Notes under the pieces: model-generated | What the model was told of the DNA's origin: nothing | Databases searched by the model: none | What the model saw: only the letters and a program-made list of their open reading frames with translations | Program-made: the position numbers and the translations under genes | In this document: positions 44,406 to 55,112 of the stretch, one piece after another | Numbering within the stretch: position 1 is the stretch's first letter | How the letters are laid out: every line of letters starts with the position of its first letter | Assembly (NCBI GenBank): GCA_977016875.1 | Contig: CDRNST010000104.1 | Coordinates: forward strand, 3,410,001-3,474,000 | Source: Pavona decussata | Lineage: Eukaryota | Length of the DNA: 64,000 bases | Direction: 5' to 3'

Positions 44406-44649
44406 AGCCCCATTCACACCAACAAAACATGTTTAATTAAACCAAGTTTAACAAAATTAAAATTGATAACAGAAAGCTGGACCATTAGCTTCGACATAGG
44501 ATTCAAGTAAACTTTAACTGATGGTTTTATTTGAGCTAAATACGGTAGTCGACAAAAATCCGAAAGAAGCTTTTTTGAAGGAAACAATTTTAAACTGTGT
44601 TAAACTAAACAGCTTTTAAACGTGTTTAAGCCTGGGTGTGAATGGGGCA
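44406..44649. mobile_element. PIF/Harbinger-type MITE (244 bp)
   Basis: TIRs gccccattcacacc / ggtgtgaatggggc; TAA at 44403-44405 and 44650-44652; TIR related to the 27555 element. Confidence 0.8.
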
Positions 44650-45040
44650 TAAGGTCCCTTTTCCTGCCATAAGAATAGTAAAGAAACCGAACAATCCGTG
44701 AATACAACCGTCCAAAATTAATCAGTTTTACCGTCTTCAGTTGAGTGAGACAGGTTTTCGAAACGTTTTCTGTTCACTTCGCAGTTAGTTGCCCTATCAA
44801 TCTAACTTGTTTTAAAAATCATTCCTAGAAGTAGTGTACATCCACACTTCCAGCCCGGATGACAAACGCCGGTCGTGTAACGGGAGGGTCAGTGAAAAAC
44901 AATGGAAACTGGTTAATATTTAAATGAAAGCTAATGAGCCACCTTTTTTGTTGGTTAAGCTGTACACAGTAATTAAAATCTAACCTCTGAGGAAGCGGAT
45001 GGAATTGGAAAGTGTAAGGATTAAAATGATCGGGGTTTTT

Positions 45041-45266
45041 NNNNNNNNNNNNNNNNNNNNNNNNNNNNNNNNNNNNNNNNNNNNNNNNNNNNNNNNNNNN
45101 NNNNNNNNNNNNNNNNNNNNNNNNNNNNNNNNNNNNNNNNNNNNNNNNNNNNNNNNNNNNNNNNNNNNNNNNNNNNNNNNNNNNNNNNNNNNNNNNNNNN
45201 NNNNNNNNNNNNNNNNNNNNNNNNNNNNNNNNNNNNNNNNNNNNNNNNNNNNNNNNNNNNNNNNNN
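45041..45266. other. Assembly gap (N run)
   Basis: Run of N. Confidence 1.
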
Positions 45267-46139
45267 TGAAATTCTCAAGTGGCGCTCTTTATAAGTATAA
45301 CCTGAGGTGTCGAACAGAACTTTCTGTTTGTGCTATTTACTGTTATGTACCGCCCATGTTAGAACTTTTTAATGCATGTATGACTCCTTAAGTAGAACCA
45401 TTCAATAGCCAGACTTCCTTAAACAAAAACAAACTGTAAGTATTGCAATACTGGCCAAGTAGAAATGTAACCTCTTTCTTTTAGTTCAAATTGTAGATAA
45501 TGTGATAGATTAACCAGCATGGTTGATAGCATGAAAAAAACGAGGTGCCAGCCGGTTGGTTGCCTCTCACAAAGCCAAGTGAAAAGGAAACATTTTCAAT
45601 AGTGATTTATTAACATTGCCTGCAGCTTCAAACTAATGTAATAAAAACTACTTCAACTCCATAATTTCCCATTTAAGCAAGGTTCACAGAAAACGGAGTA
45701 AACACTCAAAAGCCGATGGTACTTTTATGATTTAACACTGGGTGTGATAATTTTCTATTTCGATTCTCGATAGTGTTTCCTATAACTGAACGTAAGGTTT
45801 ACTGTTTTCCTATGAATGTCGGCTTGTCTTAACTTCTCCATACATACCTTTTTCATGGGCCCGTACTTTTCGGTCAACCCTTTGAGAGGGCTCATAACCG
45901 CCCCTAACCTTAGTAATATGGCATTTTTAAAAATGATGATAGAAATCAATCGCAAAGAATTAGGCCACTTGCTGGCAAAGTTATTTATTATTTACCATAA
46001 ACATGATATCACCAGAAATTATCCAATGAAAATAACAAAAACGGTAGCGATTTTACTTTGCTTCTATCGCAGTAGATATGGAAATTTTTCGTCTTTAAAT
46101 CGAAAAAGTGGACCTGAATTTTTTTCCACAAGCACAAGC

Positions 46140-47205
46140 ATGACATGGTTTAATTTGGGCGATGGAGTTCGGGTGATAATATGTCTTGTTTGTTTGTGCC
46201 ATTGTTTTGGAAGTGTTAATCCAAGAGCATTACCCCAAGATGGTGGCACAGTGACTCAGACTGGTGAACCGTCACATTTTCAAGTTGATGACAAGGCCGC
46301 TGAGATTGAAGTAAACGCCAATCCTGCTGGGGTGAAAGTTAACGCTAAACCAGCGTCTCTTCAAGTTGTAGCAAAGCCTGGTACACCAGCCGTTCCCATA
46401 TTCCATCCATCAATTCATTTGGCTCAGCACTATGCGCCACCACCGGTCATCCATCACGAACCAGCCATGTTTTATCACGGTTGCTTTCATTTTCCCTATT
46501 GTCACAACTGGTTCTACAATGGAATCAAACGAGAAAAGTTTCCAAGACCACAAAACGTTGAAATTAATATCAGGACACACAAATCGGACATCCCGCGAGG
46601 AAATAAGCACAAAATGGGGATTAAGTCCCGAAAACGTCAATTTATATCCGCTGCTCCACAACTTGTACTACCAACATCGGTTGGTGCTTTGGGAGGGCTA
46701 AGCGCTTATGGCGGCTATGGATATGGGGCGTTACCTCAGTATGCTCCATTAAGTTCGGTTTCAAGAGCTTATGGCTTTCGACAAAGTCCTCAAGCGCGAT
46801 TATTTGCATCACCAGCGCAGCTACTCCCTCAGCAAGGTCTCCAAGAGACTGGTCTTACAAGAGGCCTTGTTCCTACAGTGGCAAACGACCAAGACAATCC
46901 TGAAGTTTGGCGAGGTTATTCAAAGCTTTACAGTGAGCTGAATACCCTTACTTCTATGTACAACGCCTTCTTAAGACAAAGAAGCCTGAATTCTCTACAG
47001 GGTTTGGGTTATGGTAGTGGCTTAGGTCTTGGTGGTGCGACAAGTTTCAATGCGGGAAGGAGTGGTTTAAGTTATGTACCCGCAACCCTAGGAACTTCTC
47101 AGTATAGCGATGCAATGATGGGTTACGGAAAAGCTTACATCCCTTCCCCATTGTCCCAGCTTTATGGGTCACAGAGCTCTCTTGGTCAGTCCAACGGACT
47201 CCTTG
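46140..47205 (+). CDS. Secreted modular polyprotein precursor (cluster gene 4), exon 1
   Basis: ATG at 46140 gives the signal-like MTWFNLGDGVRVIICLVCLCHCFG. Contains HFQVDDKAAEIEVNANPAGVKVNAKPASLQVV (near-identical to gene 2) and an RKR-Q module. Phase-1 donor CTTG|GTATGT at 47206. Confidence 0.85.
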
Positions 47206-48677
47206 GTATGTTTACACAAAACTCAAATTTTTACGTTGTTTGTTTGTTTATTTTGTTTGTTTGCTTGTTGTACTGTTACACTGTCCAAATGGCATCTGGT
47301 GTATTGGAGGATAACTCCCGAGGCTAAGAGTGGCTTGTGAAGAGGCTCTTCAGCTACAGCCCTAGGTGCAGTGCTTTCGGAATATAGTATCGGTATTATA
47401 GTGGCAATTTTATACAGTTCCAAGCGAAAGAGACACAAGAACAGTCAATCAAACAACTTGATTTTAATAGTTCACTCCTAAAATTAAAGTTTAGTAGAGT
47501 TTTCCTTTACGTAATTAGTTTACCAACCACCCCCCCCCCCCCCCCAGCATTGTTATGCTTTAAAACGCCAATCGTGTTTAACTCTATCTAGACCGTGCTT
47601 TTTTTGTCTTTTCGGGTAGTTGGGGGAGGGAGGGGTGGGGGCGGGTTTCCCTCTATATCTTCGCAAGTATAAAAGCTATGACAATGAGTCTTACAGCATA
47701 GATAGTTTGTCCAAAGATATTTCCTCTGAGGTCCGCAACGAGAAAAAACTGAAAAAAAAACTGCCGGTCAAAGGACACTAACCGAGTATATAAAAAATTT
47801 TCGTAGATCTAGTTAGGTTTAACGTGTTCAAATAAAGCTTCCTGTTGAGTATCTTATATTAGATCCAGAATATGAAAAATTGCACTAAGGAACAATTTTT
47901 TAAGGGTAGCAGAGACAATCGTTCAGTTCGTGGAATTATCACGTGATTTAATGGCAGGCTGGCGTTATTGCGCGAGGTGTAAGCAAGTACAACTTTATGG
48001 GTTTCTTGAGAACTGACTGAATCTAGCTTTTTCAACATGTTTTTCCTTTCATCGCTACAATCGGGGGAGGAATATTCGGGTAATCAGAGGGGGTACATCG
48101 TCAGATACCAACTGTATCATCTAATGTTTTTTTGGGGGGGAGGGGAGGGGCGTTGAAAGAAAATGTCTGTCTTATCAGATGGAACTTTGATTTGCCCTTT
48201 TTTTGTTTGTTTGCCATCATCTAACGCAACGATAGTAACCTAAAATTCATTATCACCCATATAAAACATGAACCTGATTATATACAAAGAGATTTATTTA
48301 TTTGTCAATTCAAAAGGAATTTGGCAGTTTGTCTGCCAATAAATAATAATGGGAGGAGAAGCAATCGATTTTGTCGTGTGGAGACTGTCTGCAGTAGTCT
48401 GGTATTAAGAGTAAATCAGTTGCACCGGCAATGTTGGCAGTTCAAAACTTTTCTTTGATGAGTAGACTTCATACCTAAATATTGGGTTCCTTTGCTATAG
48501 TTTGTGACTCATTCGTGCTGTAAAAGTTCCATTGCATAGTAGTCTACTGTGAGAACTTTGTTCAGTATAGACCTTCGTTTCGCAGCTTAATACTAGAAAT
48601 AATTTGCTTTGATGATATGGTTTTTTGTGATGTGTTGGTAAAGCCATCATTTTTCAACTTGTGTTTGTTTTCTGCAG

Positions 48678-49774
48678 GAGCTTCACTAGTCAACCAGCAA
48701 GCTATGTCTCCATATCTGGTATTCTCACCTGTTTTGCAGCGATCACCATTAGTTAGTAGATCCAAGGTTCCTACAGTGTCGGCAAAGAAAGCGAAAAAAC
48801 CGCAAAAGGACAAAGGAAAGGTTGACGTCAAGCGCCAAACCTTGGTTGAGCCAATTTTGTCTGAAGAACCAAACAGCGTGGATGATTTATTACAAGACGG
48901 CATGTCTCAAGACTACAAGCGTCAATTTGTACTGACTCCAGCTCTGGAAACGCTGCAGCAAGTGCAGCCATTGCAATCTACGTTCTCACAGGAATCCTTG
49001 CAGCCGCAGCTACGTCAGTTGCAGCTGCAGCAGCTGTTACAAGAGCAGCAACAAGCACCACAGTCGTTAGGGCTGCAGACGGTGGGAATGCAGTCTGTAG
49101 CTGGGGTCCAACCAGTCGGCATGCAGCAGCTAGGCATGTCAGGCTCTCAGCAACTAAGAAATCTTCTTCCATTACAATCCTCGAGCTCGCCACTCCGTTA
49201 CCTGACATCTTCGCTGGTGTCACCTACGGAAGGCCTTAGTTCTGGCTTGATTGCTAGACCACAATCGAGGTTCTCACCCAGTATGATATCGCCAATGGCA
49301 TCACCTTTGATGTCTTCATCTCTCGATTCTCCAAGTTTAATGTCTCCATTACTCTCCAACGGGTTTTCTCATCCTCGTAATACTGATGTCTTCCAAGACA
49401 GATCACTATTTCGTCATCCACTGAGAGTTGGATACTCGGGCTATCCAAGGCGACTCCTTAGAGGACCTCAATACCGTCGACGATTACACAACTTCCGAGA
49501 AGAGGAGGGCTTAGATGGAATACAACCTGAAATTCTAGGAAAGGAGGAAATCACAACGCCGGGATCTTACACCACTGAACGCGTACCCGACTCTGAAGGA
49601 CAGACTCTTATAAACTCGCCCGTGGGATTTGGACCGATCACAGTTGAGGCTAAAACTGCAGAGGGGGCAAGGATGGCGCAAGCCAATGCAGAAGATAAAA
49701 GACACAATATTAACAAACCAGTTCAAAAAAATCACAGAAGGAAGTTAAAAGACCAAGACCATTTGTTGAACTAA
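48678..49774 (+). CDS. Cluster gene 4, exon 2 (spliced product ~720 aa)
   Basis: Acceptor gtttgttttctgcag ends at 48677 and is phase-compatible with exon 1 (G|GA = Gly). Completes a module ending RSKVP, followed by KR-Q modules rich in Gln and Ser. Confidence 0.85.
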
Positions 49775-52700
49775 ATTAAGAATAGAATTTCTTTTATCTC
49801 GGCATGTAAAAACTAAAAAGACGGACAAAGAACTAGTGAAATGAGCGCTGTCCAAGTAAAAATCTGGCAATTCATAAGAATCAAACAGATACTGAATTGT
49901 TTTGTCATGAAAATAACATCATGCCTGTAACATCAACACTTTTCGATTCCGTGCGACTAACAGCGAGAGTAAGAGGTATAAAACAGTTAAATAAGGCTCA
50001 CAGTAATCGTCTATAATCCTACGCTGTTGCAAAAAATGAACAGGACAAGTGGGGAATTTAAACCTCGTACAATCAACAAAAAAGGAGACATGGGGTGCAG
50101 CAAACGCAATGTATCAAAACAACTGAAACGTGAAAAAAAGTCATATTCATTCATTTAAAACAGCTGTTAGCCTAAGAGTCGTCTCATATTTGTGCTCGTT
50201 AGCGGTATCATTCACTCGACTCTCCCTGTGAGAATTGAAGGGCTACTCGTCAATCACATTAGACTAGTCCATGGGCAAGGTGCATTAACCATTTTCACTG
50301 AAAATAGTAGTTGCTATAAACTGCTCATTGAATCTTGAAACAAATTCGTATGCTATAATTGGTGAGATCGAGTTTAGTTATACCGTTATGAAACACCTAG
50401 TTTATATCACGAGTCGAAAGGTTATATACGTACATAGGAATTTTTAAAGCTGTACCTCGCTTTTAATTAAGCAGTTGCCTCTCCAGCTCTTTACAAATCT
50501 GCCGTGTTTACGCTGTCTCACTGAATTTTGATAACTGCCAACTGGCAAGCGATATTACTGGTAGCTGAGAAAATTTCAGTGAACGACCGACAACGTACTG
50601 ACATAAAGTAATCTTTAGCAAGCCTCGTAGGCATGCTAGAAAATAGACGATTGATTGATTGATTAATTGATTGATTGAATGGATGAGTTAATTTCCGGGA
50701 AATGAGAATGACTAGATTCATCAGCCAACTATCAGACACTCAATACTGTCCATTGTCATAACTGACGGCACTGAAAGGCCTGAAAGAATGACTAGAAATT
50801 AGCACAGTGAATAAAGATTAGAGAATAATATAAAAAATCTTATTAACCGAGCTAGGTCGGTCTGTATGGGAGAATGTTGAATCTAATCTCTAGATTAGAG
50901 ATTGATATTAATATTAATAAACGTATTATTAACTGTACATACCTTGATCAAAAAGAATGTGGGGGAAATAGGTTTTAACCGTGAGTCACCGGTTAACATG
51001 AAAGTCATCAAATAAAGGGTTTTTTTAATGGTTCCTTGGGCTTTTTCTGATCGTGTAAGTACGATCACAATTAGTACTTATACATGAACAGTTTTAACAA
51101 ACGATTTCACTTCAAACGTTCATTGGCTTGTGTAAATAAATAGACAAACGAACAAATAAATTAAATTTTATAAGGGACTTGGACGGGGTTCCAGTGTATG
51201 GCTAATTACTGACATTTAATTACAAAGCTGTTAAACAGAAATAGAAAATATCAATAGGTCCACAAAACCCACCAAATCGAATTAAAGAAATAGAAAAAGG
51301 AGTGAAACGCAAACATAAACAAGTAAATCAAGTTTCGTACAGTCTGCGTATGCTCACATAAAGAAGAAAATAACAGCTATGAACATCACTTCGCCTAGTT
51401 TGCCGGTTGCAATTTGACATCACAATGCCAGCTCAAAAATGCACTTGTGGTGACTTTTTGAGCATAAATTGCCGGGGGTTGACAGAATGTTAGGCGGTAG
51501 ACGAGGCTCAAAATAGATAGTTTGGAAACGTTCGTTTGTCCTCCAAGTTCTCTTCAGTTGGTTGAGACAAATAGTGACTAAAATGTTAAAGCAATTTTTA
51601 TGTGCATTCCGTTTTGTATAAATACGTCATTCTGACACTGCAGAAAACGTAATCTGAGCAGCGCTTATTCCATGTCAGTCTCTCCGTTGAATAACTACGC
51701 AGAGAACTTTTCTGACTTTTCTTTCTTGATTTGAACTATTTTGAATTATATTATTGGGTCTGCAGCTCTAATGATCTTGTTTTCTCTCAAGAGAACTCGT
51801 TACAAAAGGCACTAATCCCCTTTCTATCAACTGAATTAGTCAAGAGTTATCAATTTAATTAATTCCTTTCAAACATCCTAGCAACTGCATGCAATCCTGG
51901 TCAGTGTCATTGTAAACTTTCAACTCGTTGCCAAAACCTTTAAAAGATTTTGAATCTTCGTGATTTTCCTCGATTAAGACGTAAAAAGCTTATGAAGAGG
52001 TAAGTTATACTCTTTAATTACTTTGTCCTGCATTGGGACAGTGATTTGGCGTACGGTATTTGTTTAATCTTTGTTCATTTCTGCGTCTACGAATAATCCA
52101 ATATCTGAGACGGGTCATTCAAAACGCCAAACTAAATGTCAAAAGATAGCATCTAAATCAGTTCGTTTCGTATTAAAAATGGCCTTGTTCAGGTAACCAT
52201 TTAAACCGTTTACACGCAAATGCTATCTTGCACACCTGGATGAAATGGTTTGTTTACATAGATATTTTAGAAGGAGCGTCCAATAAACAAACGGCAAGAT
52301 AGTCGATGATATCTGAGCAAGACATTTTTCTACCAGTGCCAATCGAACGCTAGTATCTGTATCGAACTTTACTCTAAATCAGCAGAACTAAAAATCTAAG
52401 AACGGGCAAAAGAGGCTTCGCCTGTTGAAGATGCTGTACATTGGCTGATTATCAGGCTTTCTTATATAAATTCAATTATTTTCCATATACTTAATAAGAA
52501 GCGACGTTGGAATTGTCTAAATTGTGGCTTCTCTGAAAGTCAGTGTAATGAATTAGATACGAAGAGGATATAAACACATGAGAAGCTCGTTATTTTACCA
52601 GTACACTAGTCAGAGAATACATGAAACCTAATAAAAATAAAATGATCAAAGCGCGTCGGGCTTACAGAAACACTTAATTAGAAGAACAAAGATCGAACTC

Positions 52701-53137
52701 ACAACAATTACACACAGTGCAGTGTACGAACTCTTTTCATGTTACAAACGAGTTATGGCAGCTGCAGCTGTCTTATGTATTTTTCTCGAATATCATATTT
52801 ATTTCCTTTCAATTTTTGTGTTGGCCAAGCTATAACACTGAAATTGATGTTCGCCAATATTAACCGCTTAATAAATTAGCTCGCTTTTGCAATTTTATTG
52901 CGATGGCCATTAGCTGTATAGTCCCAATAGCACAGAACCATACGGATGTGTCTGGTTAAATATCTTTTATGACTTCTGATCATGACTGAGATATGCAGTT
53001 CGGCACTCGTTAACTCACTCACCCATTCTTCCGTGTGCATCATACCTGCCGTTCACATTTCAGTGCAACTTAATATGTTCTAGGATCATTATATCAAATA
53101 TTCGCATTCAATCTGTAGATTAACAGAGTGAGAGAAC

Positions 53138-54598
53138 ATGCCACGACGAAATTCCACAAGTGGTAACAATTCCAATAATCAAGCACCGAGTTTGCGCTCC
53201 TCTTGCTCCAGTGCCGCAAGTACTATAAAGCGAGTGGATTCAACTCTTGCTCTCTTGAGGCCTGAGCAAAGACTTGATGAGGAAGACGAGGTACTATCCT
53301 TCACCAGCTCACACTGGGACACAGACCTCGAAGACGATGATTTTTCTGATGAAGGCGAGCTTATCAATTCAGATAAGGAAGAATACATCAAGGCTTGTGA
53401 CGCATTGGGTGTCATTCCAGTGTCCCGATTCGGAAACGAAATCGGCCAAGAAGAGATCAAGATCAATCATCGATTTCTGAAGGAAATGGGTACCAAAGCG
53501 ATTGCCTCTGTACTTCTAAGAAACAAGACCACCTCCAAGTTGCACGTCGCCTGCAACGAGTTAAATATCAAGGGTGGGATTTGCATTGGAAAGCTGTTGT
53601 CAAGGAATAGGGCTCTCACCGAGCTTAATCTGGCAAATAACAACATCAGAAGGGAAGGCATCATTGCTATTGCAGAAGCTCTACCTAGCAACACAGTTAT
53701 TAGGAAGCTAGATCTGTCAGGGAATGGACTTTGTGATAATGATGCTGAACTCTTAGCAGAAGGTATTGAGAACAATAGTTCTTTGCTTAGTGTAAATCTG
53801 AGCTACAACAAGTTTTCCGAAGCCTCTGGAGTTTATTTCGGAACTGCTCTTACTTACAACAATTCACTTCTTGAGTTGGATTTTAGTTGGAACCACATAC
53901 GAAGAGGTGGAGCTGAAGCCATTTCTAAAAGCCTTCGATACAACGACTCCTTAGAGAAGTTGAATCTTTCTTGGAACGGATTTGATGACTTTGGTACTGC
54001 TGAACTTGGAGAGTCCTTGAAGCGAAATTCAACCATTAAGGAGCTCAATATCAGTAACAACCGACTCTCAGACGAGGGACTTAAAAACTTAGCAAGGGGG
54101 CTCGAAGGGGGTGAAAAATTAGAATTACTCAATCTCAACCACAATTTGATTTTCAATGCCTGTCAAGGCGTGAACAAGATCTTGGAGACTCTGTGCAAAA
54201 ACGGCGCTCCGGCATTAAAAGTCCTGGGAATTCTGGACATAAAGCTCGACCGGGACTGCGAAGTTCTACTTGGAAAGGTTTTGGAAAAGCGAGGGAAAAC
54301 CCTTACTGTGCAATACGGTTGCAAAAAGAAGGACAGTTTCGTAACTAAAAAGAAAGAGGCTGATCCTTTTGACTTTCTTAAGGTGTACTTAAACAAAAAC
54401 AAGATTCACGCTTCAGATTTGTTCAAACGGTTAGATCCTGACTGCCAGTTCCGCGATAGCTTATCTCGAGTAGAGTTCATCGACGGAATGAAGCGACTGA
54501 AGGTCATGAGTGACTTCTATCTTGACAAGCTCGTTGAAATGCTTGACGCAGATGGTGATGGGGAAATTGACTACAGTGAATTTGTTAAAATGTCGTAA
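53138..54598 (+). CDS. RNI-like leucine-rich repeat protein with C-terminal EF-hands (LRRC74-like)
   Basis: 28-residue LxxLxLxxNxI repeats (LTELNLANNNI, IRKLDLSGNGL, LEKLNLSWNGF) and a canonical EF loop DADGDGEIDYSE. Single coding exon. Confidence 0.88.
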   Translation: MPRRNSTSGNNSNNQAPSLRSSCSSAASTIKRVDSTLALLRPEQRLDEEDEVLSFTSSHWDTDLEDDDFSDEGELINSDKEEYIKACDALGVIPVSRFGNEIGQEEIKINHRFLKEMGTKAIASVLLRNKTTSKLHVACNELNIKGGICIGKLLSRNRALTELNLANNNIRREGIIAIAEALPSNTVIRKLDLSGNGLCDNDAELLAEGIENNSSLLSVNLSYNKFSEASGVYFGTALTYNNSLLELDFSWNHIRRGGAEAISKSLRYNDSLEKLNLSWNGFDDFGTAELGESLKRNSTIKELNISNNRLSDEGLKNLARGLEGGEKLELLNLNHNLIFNACQGVNKILETLCKNGAPALKVLGILDIKLDRDCEVLLGKVLEKRGKTLTVQYGCKKKDSFVTKKKEADPFDFLKVYLNKNKIHASDLFKRLDPDCQFRDSLSRVEFIDGMKRLKVMSDFYLDKLVEMLDADGDGEIDYSEFVKMS

Positions 54599-55112
54599 AT
54601 TCAAGGGACTTCGGACAATCTTTGGTTGTTAAGTTTGTTGGTTAGGAGGGATGCAACTAAACAAATACTTTGGCTACGAGTCGATTGAAGTTATGAAAAG
54701 TCAGAGCGTGACAATAGCATATACAGACAAGAATTTCAAGTATAGACTTTCATTTGTCGACAGGTTGTAACCAATTAAGATTTTTTTCTGCCAAAACCTA
54801 TCTGTGAACAGTGCCATTTATTCCTGGTATCCAACAGCAAAACTGAGTAAGACTTTTATTTCAAATAAAAAGGCGAATAAACTAAAGCAATTATTTCCAT
54901 GCTTTAAAATGCCTGTACACTGATTTATGGTTCGTCTTCATTCAAGAACCACCATGCTCTATGCAGTTAGCCGATGTCGGCCTCGCAGAACGTTTCGTGG
55001 CGGAAGTATGCTTCAACTTTACCTCAACCAACATGGAAGCATTATCAGTTTTATCTTCGCAAATAAATCAAAAGGGATGTTTTTTCTTTAAACAAAAGCT
55101 ATAATTTAGAAT

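Noticed and set aside
45816-46139. 108-codon in-frame extension upstream of the gene 4 ATG
   Set aside because: AT-rich, UTR-like sequence that would bury the signal peptide; the other cluster genes start directly with a signal peptide.
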